Assembly: GCA_029855935.1 (NCBI GenBank)
Contig: JAGSHN010000022.1
Location: 1-64,000 of the forward strand
Source: Candidatus Thorarchaeota archaeon
GTDB lineage: Archaea; Asgardarchaeota; Thorarchaeia; Thorarchaeales; Thorarchaeaceae
Reading direction: 5' to 3'
DNA length: 64,000 nt
The position numbers and the translations under genes were made by a program. Shown piece after piece: positions 37,123 to 46,795 of this stretch. How positions within the stretch are numbered: position 1 is the stretch's first letter; each line of letters begins with the position of its first letter. The notes below the pieces were generated by a model that was given only the letters and a program-made list of their open reading frames with translations, was not told the origin of the DNA and did not search any database.

Positions 37123-37422
37123 TCACTTGCGACGAGAGCGTATCAGAAATGCGGGCGGAAGAATCCACGTGGACTTACATTTGGGGCACCTCGACGGCGC
37201 CTTGGTCGATGTCCGGCCTGTGAACACGTGACCACACTTGCCGCACGATGCGGGACGGACCAGAAGCTCTCGCCCCTGAGGTCTCAATGACCGTGCTATG
37301 TGCTGCAGGTCCTCGTAGACCTGCGAACTGCGCGCGTCGAGCTCCTCGCAGATCTCCTGAACAGTGAGCGGTTCCTCACTCGACTCCAGCAGTTCTACTA
37401 TTCGTTCACGTCGTGTCGTCAC
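37123..37422 (-). CDS. wHTH plus Zn-ribbon transcriptional regulator (COG3357-like)
   Basis: TRRERIVELL, YEDLQHIARS, CGKCG...PSRCPKCKS. Confidence 0.88.
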   Translation of the reverse strand: MTTRRERIVELLESSEEPLTVQEICEELDARSSQVYEDLQHIARSLRPQGRELLVRPASCGKCGHVFTGRTSTKAPSRCPKCKSTWILPPAFLIRSRRK

Positions 37423-37670
37423 GGCGACACTGGCGCAACGCTCCCAGAAATAGATTTGCAATCTTGCCTCGTGGTAGGCAGTCGAGAGTGCTGACGTACA
37501 GACAGACTAAATACGGAGACTGACAATACTACCTATGGCCAGCCAGTCAGGGGGTCAGACAGACAGGCATAAGACCGGCAGGCTGGTGAGTCTAGCATCC
37601 ACCTTGTCGGTCAGAGAGAGAACTTAGGATAATAGGTGGACTCGGCCCCATTGGTGCTGGGAGTGAAGAG

Positions 37671-38924
37671 ATGAGCCAGACGAGCCTCGTGAACTATGGC
37701 AGGCGGCCCACATTCGACGAGCTACTGTGCAGCAGATGTATGGGCCATAGAGCGCTCTGCGGGGTGAGACCGTGTCCGCTCGTCCTACGTGCTATGACCA
37801 AGGCGAGGATTGAGGATGTCCTCCGAGATCTTGAGCTGGAGGGCTCATCACCACCTGCCGTATTCGTCGGGAGCTACGGCTATCCCAAGGTGCTTGCGGG
37901 ACCACTCGTCCCACCCTTCAGGGGAGAGGCCACGGCGGTCATGGAGCGGCCAGACCTCTGGCTGAACAAGAGCATAGACGAGATCATGGCCCTCAGGTTC
38001 AGTCTTGTCAGAACGAAGCAGCTCATCCCAGTCAGTGCGGCTGCCGACCCGCCCCGTACTCTTGCCGAGACCCAGACGATGGTACTCTCGGACTCACCAA
38101 TTGATGCCGAGGCGGCCTTGCTGAAGCGCCCCGAGTTCACCACTATCATCTCTCGGAGTACACTCCCGGTTGGCCCATCAGCCCCGTTGAAGTCCTTCTC
38201 CCTTGAGGACAATCCAAAGGTCCCCCGGCCAGTGGAGCGTGTCACCTCGGACACGGACCTACCCGCCAATCAGGCTGTTGTCACTCTCTTCAAGGAGGGC
38301 GTCTCCGAACAGCACCTGACAAGACTCTTCTCAGTGGGTCTCCTTGGAATGGGTAAGAAGAGAAGACTTGTCCCCACAGAGTGGAGTATCACTGCCGTTG
38401 ACGACATAGTCTCAAAGCGACTACATCGAGAGGTGCTGGACTACCCTGAGATCACGACTCATCTTGTCTTCTCTGATCATGCTCTGGGGAACACAGTGAC
38501 AGTCCTGATGATGCCAGTGCCCTGGCAGTTCGAGGTCCTTGAGTGCTGGCTCAGCGGCCCTAACCCACGAGTGATCTCAGACCACGAGTATGCGCAAGGA
38601 CGCAAGACCTACGCCAGCCACGTAGTGGGCGCCTACTACGCCGTCAGACTCCCCGTCCTAGAGTATCTGAGCCAGACGAGGAGGCAAGCTGGTGCTCTCG
38701 TCTTCCTTGAGATCGACCCGAAGAGATGGGTCCCTCTCGGGGTCTGGAGGTTCAGGGAGATTGCGAGAAGGGCATTGAGACGGCGACCTGCACGGGCATC
38801 CAATCTTGACGAGGCACTTGAGATAGTGCAGTCAACGTTGGCAAACTCTCTCGACAGATACCTACAGGCCTCGGCAACAATAGAGCATACCCGGACTCAG
38901 ACCAGACTGACCGAGTTCCTCTAG
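37671..38924 (+). CDS. nreA: Nre family DNA repair protein with C-terminal PIP box
   Basis: CSRCMG..LCG..PCP, GSSPPAVFVG..GYPKV, RLVPTEWSITAVD, PLGVW, terminal QTRLTEFL. Confidence 0.9.
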   Translation: MSQTSLVNYGRRPTFDELLCSRCMGHRALCGVRPCPLVLRAMTKARIEDVLRDLELEGSSPPAVFVGSYGYPKVLAGPLVPPFRGEATAVMERPDLWLNKSIDEIMALRFSLVRTKQLIPVSAAADPPRTLAETQTMVLSDSPIDAEAALLKRPEFTTIISRSTLPVGPSAPLKSFSLEDNPKVPRPVERVTSDTDLPANQAVVTLFKEGVSEQHLTRLFSVGLLGMGKKRRLVPTEWSITAVDDIVSKRLHREVLDYPEITTHLVFSDHALGNTVTVLMMPVPWQFEVLECWLSGPNPRVISDHEYAQGRKTYASHVVGAYYAVRLPVLEYLSQTRRQAGALVFLEIDPKRWVPLGVWRFREIARRALRRRPARASNLDEALEIVQSTLANSLDRYLQASATIEHTRTQTRLTEFL

Positions 38925-39096
38925 GGTGCTGCGTGGGAGCATATATATCTCGGCCCAGACTCTCCCCCAGTGGTCACGCAAGGACACCCTGATGGCCGAG
39001 CCTGAGCCGTTTTGGTCCATAGCTATGGACAAAGTACGACGTCAGATGAAGGTCACTGCTGGCCTGAGGGGAGGATGAGGATGCAGGAGGATAGCG

Positions 39097-40617
39097 TTGT
39101 CGGCGTACGAGGCGCTGTGTCGCGTCGGAGAGAGAGTCCCACTCGCAGGACGACTGGCCCGCCGTGAGGACAAGGCCGAACTTGTGCGTGCAACTGAGTT
39201 CCTGCGGCCCGAGATGAGCGTCACTCCCGAGGGCGTGATAGGGGCCGCCTATCTGTCTGCGACGCTCGTCGCTGTCGCGATTGTTGCACTAGGCTTCCTA
39301 GCAAGACTAAACCTCCTGTCCGTCGTGCCCCTATCCCTCATCAATGGTATCTTCGTCTATTTCGCGCTCTCCACGTATCCGGTCTCCAAGATGAACAGCT
39401 ACCGCTTGGCCCTATCAGAGGAGGCGGACATGATCTTCGAACAGTTTGTGCTCGTCTTTCAGGCGAGGGGCACAATCTTTGACGCGATGTGGATGGTCGC
39501 TGAGTCCGACCATCCCTTTCTCTCTCAGGCCTTCCGCCAGATGCTCGGAGATGTTGAGCGTGGAACACCACCTGAGCAGTGCCTCCGGGAGTTCGCGATG
39601 AGCCAGCCCTCTGACGATCTGAGAAGATATCTTGTCGCGATACTCTCGGCACACGAACGTGGAGATGACCTTCTTGAGGCGCTCTCCGGGCAGTCTTTTG
39701 AGGCCGATGCTGCGCTGCGGGCAAAGAACCTTGAGCTCGAGAGCAGGTTGTTGATCACGGCCGCGGTCACTACATACCTCCCCATCATCGTGACCCTCGG
39801 ACTTGCACTTCAGGGTCTGACCAATGACATCTCCATACTGTTGCTGATACCCCTGTTCGGGGGACTCAGCGTCGTCCTTCGAACAAGGTTCACCCGAGGC
39901 TTCTCTGCGTACTTTGACAGACCACAACACAAAGGTCTGGCAACGCCCTCGCAGGCCGCCATAATGGCCGAGTACAACTCGTTCCTGAACCTTCTGCTGC
40001 TCCTCAGCGAGAGACTACGGGCCGGCGACACCCTCGAGGTCGCCCTCACAGAGGTTCGCGACTCGGCCGAGCCCGCTGTCAAGCCAATCATCGACACGGC
40101 AGTGGAGCGCCTGTATGCCGACCGCCCAATCAAGGAGGCAATGGAGGCCGCAGCAGACGTGGCGAGAGGACAACGTGTTGCATCTCTGGTCAGGCTGACA
40201 CAGAGGATGTGTGAGGTGTCCACACTTGAGGCAGGGCACCGTCTTGGTCGAATTGTTGCGAGGCTCATCAAGCGATACGAGGTGGCAAAAGAGCGAGAGT
40301 CAATCATTGCCGCTCAGAGGCTCAAGGTGTATCTGCTCACTCTAACCAGTGCGGTCGTGCTGGGACTACTGTCGGCCCTCGCGCCGTTTATGGCTGTGGC
40401 CTCTATGTTTCGCGGTGGCGGGCCAATTCAGTTCCCAGCCCTCTCGATCTCAGACATTGTACCGCTTGCCATAACTCTGGGCGTGACCTCTTTGATCACA
40501 GGTCATCAGAACAGTGTGATGGTCAATGGCGCACATCCGAGGATGATGGGAATGGTCGCAGGCCTCGCATACTGGCTCTCCTTAGTGGTCGGGCTGTCAC
40601 TTGTCCACATAGTATGA
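39097..40617 (+). CDS. Type II secretion F / TadC / ArlJ-like membrane platform protein (two domains)
   Basis: LSQAFRQMLGDVERGTPPEQCL and LRAGDTLEVAL repeats separated by TM hairpins. Confidence 0.75.
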   Translation: MSAYEALCRVGERVPLAGRLARREDKAELVRATEFLRPEMSVTPEGVIGAAYLSATLVAVAIVALGFLARLNLLSVVPLSLINGIFVYFALSTYPVSKMNSYRLALSEEADMIFEQFVLVFQARGTIFDAMWMVAESDHPFLSQAFRQMLGDVERGTPPEQCLREFAMSQPSDDLRRYLVAILSAHERGDDLLEALSGQSFEADAALRAKNLELESRLLITAAVTTYLPIIVTLGLALQGLTNDISILLLIPLFGGLSVVLRTRFTRGFSAYFDRPQHKGLATPSQAAIMAEYNSFLNLLLLLSERLRAGDTLEVALTEVRDSAEPAVKPIIDTAVERLYADRPIKEAMEAAADVARGQRVASLVRLTQRMCEVSTLEAGHRLGRIVARLIKRYEVAKERESIIAAQRLKVYLLTLTSAVVLGLLSALAPFMAVASMFRGGGPIQFPALSISDIVPLAITLGVTSLITGHQNSVMVNGAHPRMMGMVAGLAYWLSLVVGLSLVHIV

Positions 40618-40737
40618 CCTAGGCCGCCTCACGGCACCGGCACGGCAGAGCATGGGATTCCGTCAATGGCCGCGGCGACTCCCACCACGTAGCTTTTTTA
40701 GGAACTGGTTGCACTGTCCAGTCTTGCTACTCGCGAG

Positions 40738-41382
40738 GTGGTAACTGTGCAACTGATAATAGACTACTCGCTCGGAGAGATAATGGCCTATTTCAGGGAC
40801 CCTACGGTCATAGGCTGGGTTCTGGTGGGTTCAGGCATTCTTGCGGCGATATGGTTGTTCGAGAATCTCACGGACCCGATCCCAGTACTTGGTTGGCTCT
40901 TTGATGGCTTGAATGCTGTGGCAGCCTACCTTGGATTCATCGTTGGCGCGCTGGACATCCTTGTGGGCTATGTGGTGTATGAGTACTATCCAGCGGCCAC
41001 ATTGGTGGCAGCGGTGCTTGTCGTGGCGGGATTCTGTCTCGTGATGCGCCTGCTAAAGAAGATCCCGCTGGCGCTGGTCTTCGCACTGGCGGTGGCCATC
41101 TTCGGGACCTTTACGGTCTACGGCATACTCGCGCCATACAAGGATGCCATGTTTATTGGCGACATAGTGACGCAGATCATCTCTCTCAAGGGGATGATCA
41201 TAATTGGCCTCATCATATTCACCGTGGCCTACGTTGTCGGAGGTCTCGTGATCAAGCTGATCCAGCTCATCGGCGCGGTCTTCTCCTCAGCCCCAGTGAG
41301 CGTCTTGGTTGGCCTCGGTGCTATCGCCGTGGGAATAATTGTCCTCGTGAACCCGGTCATGGTAAGCCTCATCGTCACGTGA
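40738..41382 (+). CDS. Hypothetical polytopic membrane protein
   Basis: Very hydrophobic 214-aa ORF; TTTTTTA upstream. Confidence 0.8.
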   Translation: MVTVQLIIDYSLGEIMAYFRDPTVIGWVLVGSGILAAIWLFENLTDPIPVLGWLFDGLNAVAAYLGFIVGALDILVGYVVYEYYPAATLVAAVLVVAGFCLVMRLLKKIPLALVFALAVAIFGTFTVYGILAPYKDAMFIGDIVTQIISLKGMIIIGLIIFTVAYVVGGLVIKLIQLIGAVFSSAPVSVLVGLGAIAVGIIVLVNPVMVSLIVT

Positions 41383-41407
41383 CCCCAACAGGAGATACGA
41401 CGAAATC

Positions 41408-41450
41408 GGGAGGAGAGCCGTCAAGAAGTCCTCCTCCCCTTCACACTTTT
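41408..41450 (+). terminator. Putative hairpin plus T-tract terminator
   Basis: Perfect 8-bp stem gggaggag/ctcctccc followed by cttcacactttt. Confidence 0.5.
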
Positions 41451-41605
41451 GCGGATCACGCATTGCCTGCACCAGCGGCGCTAGGTCGCGATAGGATGAT
41501 GTTCCATCGAGGCCCCAGGTCCGGTTGTTTCGGGTGACAGGCTGGTGGGGATAAGTTATAATGGAACCGGGAGAAGATGTATCTACACGCTCCCGAGGGA
41601 ATGCC

Positions 41606-41881
41606 GTGCCATATTGTGAACTCTGGATGGAGATGCGGTCAGGAAATGTCGCCTTCAGGGTGGCCCTCCTCGTACCCGTCGGATTCGACGTGCCCATCGA
41701 CCTGAAAAAGCTGAAGATGCGTGATGCCATCGCCGACAGGGAGTTCTACGTCTCCCGGTGGTTCCCGGAGGTGCTGGCGGCAAAACACGCAATGGATGAT
41801 GTCGCAAGATACTATGCCGAACGAAGGGTGAAGTTCCTCTTCTTCAGAGAGATCCGACCCATCACAGCAACACTTGCCTGA
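41606..41881 (+). CDS. Hypothetical protein
   Basis: GTG start with GAGGGA upstream and GTTATA at about 41555. Confidence 0.7.
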   Translation: MPYCELWMEMRSGNVAFRVALLVPVGFDVPIDLKKLKMRDAIADREFYVSRWFPEVLAAKHAMDDVARYYAERRVKFLFFREIRPITATLA

Positions 41882-42075
41882 ACACAGTGTGACAGAGACT
41901 ACCTGATGGCCTCAGATGCGCCATCGGAGGGACATCTGCACAGGACGACGACCGTTCATAAATCGCAAGCCAAACTTAAAATACGACCATTGACCCAAGT
42001 GATTACTCAGACTACCGGAGCCCACCTACGCGAGCCGTGGGAGGACTGCTCCCTGACGCAGGAGGAGAATGTCGG

Positions 42076-42639
42076 ATGGCCTCACCTCAGGTGACGGACG
42101 AGAAACACGATGACCGCAAGAGAATCATCAGCGTCACGATGAGCCAAGCCCTAGTCGCGAGGATTGATGAACTCGTTCAGCAGCGGATTGGCAGGTCAAG
42201 GGCGCAGTTGATTGAGGACGCAGTGAGATGGTTCATCGACCTGACCGTATACAAGTGGAGCGAGAGGGGGATATACATCGACTCCAGCCGGGTCATATTA
42301 GAGAGCGAGACTCTCTCCTCTCTGTACTTCTCCAGGCTGACACCGGCTGACCAGTACGAACTGGGCGTCACTGCGGGGAAACAGGCACCCGTGGCAGATG
42401 TGGTACGCTTGTTCCATAGCAAGGACCCGAGGGACCCCGAGAACTTCCCTCTGGTGTTGCGTCTGCTCCAGGACCAAGGGTGGGGAGCAATCACTCTACG
42501 GGATGACCTCATTGTGATCAGCAGCCCGTTCTATCCGCCTAGCTTCGTGAGGGGATTCCTAGAATCACTCCTCGGTATCCGCCTCCGCAGTGTCGAGACA
42601 TCGACCAAGGACACTGTTGCACTGAGAATCGTAAAGTAG
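42076..42639 (+). CDS. Ribbon-helix-helix regulator fused to a reduced V4R-like domain
   Basis: IISVTMSQALVARIDEL...SRAQLIEDAV (RHH); YELG..AG, QGWG, FVRGFLESLLG (V4R-like). Confidence 0.75.
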   Translation: MASPQVTDEKHDDRKRIISVTMSQALVARIDELVQQRIGRSRAQLIEDAVRWFIDLTVYKWSERGIYIDSSRVILESETLSSLYFSRLTPADQYELGVTAGKQAPVADVVRLFHSKDPRDPENFPLVLRLLQDQGWGAITLRDDLIVISSPFYPPSFVRGFLESLLGIRLRSVETSTKDTVALRIVK

Positions 42640-42803
42640 GTCACCAGTGGGGGATCTTCGCCCCGGTTGGGGATAGGTGGCGAGGGGCTGGACTGGACTT
42701 TCGGCCCACAGTCTAGGTGTGAAGACCTGCTGCAGACCTCCTAGGACATGGGTCAGACTGTCAGCCAAGCGAAGGGGAATCACGTCTTCGAGGCGGGTCT
42801 CTC

Positions 42804-43229
42804 CTACCCGCTGCTATCGAGCTCGAGGATCTCGAACTCGCTCTCATACAGACCGGGAATACTCTCGATGATCTCACGAATCCTCTGGGCCTTCTCCCGA
42901 ATGCCATCGGTGGCAAAGTAGACCTCGTAGATACAGCGGTTCTGTTCAAAGCAGAAACCAGTGGTATACAGCACCTTCAGGTCCTGTTCCTTGAACAGAT
43001 GTGTCATGGTCTGCATAAGCGCTGGATTGACCTTCTCGACCTCAAGCCGAACTCGTGCTCCGCTGTCCTTCGTCATAGGAATCAGGCGGAGCTCGCCCGT
43101 GCGCTCAAAGTAGATGCAGATTGCGGCCTTGACATCCTTATAGATCGGGCTGTTGTAGAACTCGTCGGGAATGCGCACCTCGCGGCTCTTCCGAACATCA
43201 ACAATGGTACCCTTTGTGAGCCCGGCCAC
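42804..43229 (-). CDS. AbrB-like plus ACT domain protein
   Basis: DVRKSREVRIP N-terminus; ACT-like C-half ending IIESIPGL. Confidence 0.6.
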   Translation of the reverse strand: MAGLTKGTIVDVRKSREVRIPDEFYNSPIYKDVKAAICIYFERTGELRLIPMTKDSGARVRLEVEKVNPALMQTMTHLFKEQDLKVLYTTGFCFEQNRCIYEVYFATDGIREKAQRIREIIESIPGLYESEFEILELDSSG

Positions 43230-43361
43230 CCTAATCGCCTCAGCACAAACTATGCGCTATCGTTGTATTCCTCTTATTTGTACTTTCGTACGGCCATAAC
43301 AGCCGACATACCTCCAAATCCTTATCAGTCTATGGTCCCTTCCACTGTCGAGGTCTCGAAG

Positions 43362-43481
43362 ATGGCAAAGGAAGGAGAGACATACATCTGTGATGTATGC
43401 GGCCAGATCGTTGTAGTGAAGAAGGGTGGTGCCGGCACGCTGGTCTGCTGCAACCAGCCGATGCGACTGCTTGAGGAATGA
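43362..43481 (+). CDS. Desulforedoxin (stand-alone FeS4 domain)
   Basis: MAKEGETYICDVCGQIVVVKKGGAGTLVCCNQPM; GAGGT upstream. Confidence 0.92.
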   Translation: MAKEGETYICDVCGQIVVVKKGGAGTLVCCNQPMRLLEE

Positions 43482-43663
43482 GCGACCCCCGGAACTGGGT
43501 AGGCTATCTGTTCCAGCAATCCAGGTCCCGTCGTCAAGACGGGTGGCTGCACCAGCGTGGAACTCGCTCAGAGTATAGACCGCCTCACAACGTGGGGCCG
43601 CGTTGACAACGTTTATATTTGCACTACGAGGCGAATCTATCACTCTTTGTTGGGTGCTGCGAG

Positions 43664-44248
43664 ATGGCCGAGATGATAGATGGGGCTGAGCGTGGGATTC
43701 CGACCATTGTGAAGAAGACACGCCAATTACTGACCCTCCGCGGCTATACAGTCAACGAGCTGTACGAGTACGACACCCGATACGTGATGATCCCCGAGAA
43801 GCGAACCGACGATCACGTGACTAGGTCAGTCGTGTGGGTGCTCAAGGAACCAAGGGTCGTTGGTGTCGCAATCATCAAGGACCTGATTCGCAGCATGGAG
43901 GAGAACGAGGCTGAGGAGGGCATCCTCGTCGGCGGCGCGCGCTTCACGCCAGCTGCAAAGAAGCAGGCACGCGAGAGCAATGTGGAACTTGTTGAGGGCA
44001 CCTATTCCTCCTTCGATCTCTTCAAGCACGAACTGGTGCCCAAGCACTACATAGCCTCCGAGGAGGAGGTCCGCAGAGTTCTTGAGTACTATGGCATATC
44101 AAAGACCGACCTGCCACGCATCTACCGCGACGACCCTGCGGTGCGTGTCCTTGGCGCCAAGGCAGGACAGGTCATCAGAGTGGAGAGATTCAGTCCGACT
44201 GCCGGAAAGACTCACTACTGGCGCCTCGTCGTTGAGGGCGCATCGTGA
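43664..44248 (+). CDS. rpo5: RNA polymerase subunit Rpo5 with N-terminal Mrr-like/jaw domain
   Basis: C-terminal HELVPKH, LPRI..DDP, GQVIRVER.SPTAG...WRLV; N-terminal RGY, VGV..I, FTPAAK. Confidence 0.9.
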   Translation: MAEMIDGAERGIPTIVKKTRQLLTLRGYTVNELYEYDTRYVMIPEKRTDDHVTRSVVWVLKEPRVVGVAIIKDLIRSMEENEAEEGILVGGARFTPAAKKQARESNVELVEGTYSSFDLFKHELVPKHYIASEEEVRRVLEYYGISKTDLPRIYRDDPAVRVLGAKAGQVIRVERFSPTAGKTHYWRLVVEGAS

Positions 44249-44358
44249 GACAACGTGGTTGAGAGCAGGCCCAGTGGTCACTCATTCATCCCCCTACGCC
44301 TTTCACCGGGAGAGAGGGTCCCACCCGACAGATCAATTGCGGGTGTCGGCCATGCAGC

Positions 44359-45162
44359 CTACAACACGACGAGACCAAGCCACGCACCTACAATGAGCAT
44401 GACGACTGTTGTGAGAAACGGCACGGTCACATTGTCAGACCCCTTCGGACTGACGAGTTCTATCAGAGTCGCCGAGGCTGCACCAGTCAGTGCGAGCGTG
44501 ATCATCTGGGACCAGAGTATGCCCGACGAACCGACCAGCGTCCCGTAGTTGAATATGCCAAAGAACCAGAATGCGATGAGAGTGCCAAGAAGACCGAACA
44601 CAAAGAGCGCAAGAGAACCGTGCAGACTGCGTTCCGAGCCGAATATGACTCTCCTGTATCGTTGCCCGTACTTCATTCCGATTGGCGCCGAGAGACCGTC
44701 ACCGAACATCATTATGTGAATTGCAGCAGCAGGGACAAAGTAGATCTGCTCTAGGCCTGTGAAGGTGAAGAGCCCAGTGAGCACAGTGATGGACACAGCG
44801 TACCAGAGTGGACCACGTATGCTGCCGTGTTCAAGATCCTCCGGACGCGCCATCGCCTCGAAGTACCGGCTGAACCGTTCCGCACCCGCAATGACGAGAA
44901 AGACCACGAACGTGAATGCCACCAGCGTCGCCATCCACGGATGCGGATAGTATGGTACCGTCCATATTGCAGCGCCTGCGAACAGGTGAATCACCTTGCG
45001 CGTGAAGTCTGGCTTGAGATTGAGTCTGCGACGGAGCAGATCGCCCGCAGTCAGAACAATCAGCACATAGAACAGGGCAATGAAGTAGACGACGATGTCA
45101 CCGGTCTGGATGACGAGTTCCACCTGCTGCACGGCTCGCACACTCGCAGGCGTCGATGACAT
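44359..45162 (-). CDS. Dolichol/phytol kinase-like membrane kinase (SEC59/VTE5 family)
   Basis: TRKVIH, FGDGLSA.IG..YG, RSLHGS, ELVSPKGSDN.TVP. Confidence 0.88.
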   Translation of the reverse strand: MSSTPASVRAVQQVELVIQTGDIVVYFIALFYVLIVLTAGDLLRRRLNLKPDFTRKVIHLFAGAAIWTVPYYPHPWMATLVAFTFVVFLVIAGAERFSRYFEAMARPEDLEHGSIRGPLWYAVSITVLTGLFTFTGLEQIYFVPAAAIHIMMFGDGLSAPIGMKYGQRYRRVIFGSERSLHGSLALFVFGLLGTLIAFWFFGIFNYGTLVGSSGILWSQMITLALTGAASATLIELVSPKGSDNVTVPFLTTVVMLIVGAWLGLVVL

Positions 45163-45189
45163 TCCTGACCTTATATCTGTCGCCCGAAG

Positions 45190-46029
45190 TCACTCGATCT
45201 CCCGTGTGTCAGCAACAGGCCGTGGCTCTACTCCTGAGAGCTCAGCCAGTGTGCTGATCGCCGAACGTACTCTGTCCCTGATCTCGTCCAGCGACTCTCC
45301 GCGGGCCGACACCCACACTCTGAGCACATCGCTGGTGCCGTATCTTCTCGGCATCGACTTGATGTACACACCGGGGTTCTTTCGCATCGCCTTCGTGATG
45401 AACGGAGCGAAGACGGTCTCATCGCGGACGGGAAACTCCACTACCTCCTCGTAGTATCGTCCCGTGACACGTTCCTCAAGCCACGGGACTACCGAGTCCT
45501 CAAAGATGAACTTGAGCTCGCTCGGAACACCGGGCAGACAGAATATCACCGCTGCGTCGGTCTCGAGGCGGATACCCGGCGCGCCACCGACCCTGTTGTC
45601 GAGAGGGACCGCACCCTCGGGTATCATCGCCATCTTTCGTCTGCTATCAATGTAGTCGGGTGTGTCGACGATACCCCTCTTGTAGAGCTCCTGGTACTGC
45701 CTCTTGACAATCGCGGCCGCGTGGGGGTCCTCCACCAGAGGGAGACCAAACGTTCTCGCCACAGCCTCAAGTGTCATATCATCGTGGGTGGGTCCCAGAC
45801 CCCCTGAGGTGAAGATGACATCACTCGTCTCTGCCAGAAAATGTATTCCTGCGGCAATCTCATCCAGATTGTCGCGGACTGCGGCAAGACGCGAGACCCT
45901 CAGCCCGATTGAGGCGAGCCTCAGCTCCAACCAGTTAGAGTTAGTGTCTAGGATCATCCCGTCGAGAATCTCGTTTCCTATGATCAAGATGCCTGCTGAC
46001 CCGACAACACTGTCACCGCGATTCATCAT
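45190..46029 (-). CDS. CinA N-terminal / molybdopterin-binding domain protein
   Basis: IGNEILDG..LDTN, SGGLGPTHDDMT, LPGVPSE. Confidence 0.9.
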   Translation of the reverse strand: MMNRGDSVVGSAGILIIGNEILDGMILDTNSNWLELRLASIGLRVSRLAAVRDNLDEIAAGIHFLAETSDVIFTSGGLGPTHDDMTLEAVARTFGLPLVEDPHAAAIVKRQYQELYKRGIVDTPDYIDSRRKMAMIPEGAVPLDNRVGGAPGIRLETDAAVIFCLPGVPSELKFIFEDSVVPWLEERVTGRYYEEVVEFPVRDETVFAPFITKAMRKNPGVYIKSMPRRYGTSDVLRVWVSARGESLDEIRDRVRSAISTLAELSGVEPRPVADTREIE

Positions 46030-46032
46030 AGT

Positions 46033-46686
46033 CTACTCCCCGCATTCCAATTCAAGCTCCCTGTCCAGGGCCCTGCTTATTGCGTGCAGAGTGTCCAGTC
46101 TCTCTCGTGCAAGGCGCTTGGCCGTATCGGTGACCATGGTCTCCGAGATCTGCTGAGCCAGCGGAAGAAACTTGCGCAGACGTTCGGCCATGTCGCTGAG
46201 GCGCAGCCCGGGCCGGAGGATGACACCATTGAGGACATAGTGAAGTAGTCCGACGACTCCAAGCTTCACAAGTTTGTCTGCCTCCCAGAGGACCTGTGAC
46301 TCCAGTGAAGGTAGGGGCGCTCTGAGAGTCAGACCCACGTGGTCACGGATGGCCTGCGCCACCCGCTCAATCGTCTCCTCATCAATGCCAGCCTCGCGAA
46401 GAGTCCTCGCTGCTCGGCGAGCGCCCTCCTCTCCGTGGTCGTCAGCCCCACCGAGACCGGGCTTCGCACAATCGTGTAACCAGGCCGCCAGCTTCACAAT
46501 GCGCTCGTCTGCACCCTCAGCCCTCGCGAGATGAAGTGCGGTCTCCACCACCAGCTCGACGTGGTCGCCACGGTAGTTGTAAGGTGGCACTTCAGAGGTA
46601 TCAAGCGCGTTCCTCCACTCTTTGCGGGCTGCGCGCTGCGACTCGCACATGACCATCTCTCTGAGCCGCCGCTCAATGTCATTCAT
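46033..46686 (-). CDS. HD-domain phosphohydrolase
   Basis: DHVELV, AAWLHD, DHGEEGA, EADKL. Confidence 0.9.
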   Translation of the reverse strand: MNDIERRLREMVMCESQRAARKEWRNALDTSEVPPYNYRGDHVELVVETALHLARAEGADERIVKLAAWLHDCAKPGLGGADDHGEEGARRAARTLREAGIDEETIERVAQAIRDHVGLTLRAPLPSLESQVLWEADKLVKLGVVGLLHYVLNGVILRPGLRLSDMAERLRKFLPLAQQISETMVTDTAKRLARERLDTLHAISRALDRELELECGE

Positions 46687-46795
46687 CACGGCCACCGTCG
46701 GCGAATGGGGCCACATCCCTTTCAAGCCTTGTCATTAGGACCAATTGGGAATCAGGGCCAAGGCTTAAGAGGAACTGGCCAAGAGCTCCCAAACT

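Noticed and set aside
43664-43990. Mrr-type restriction or defence gene
   Set aside because: Fused in frame to Rpo5 and lacks an evident catalytic motif.
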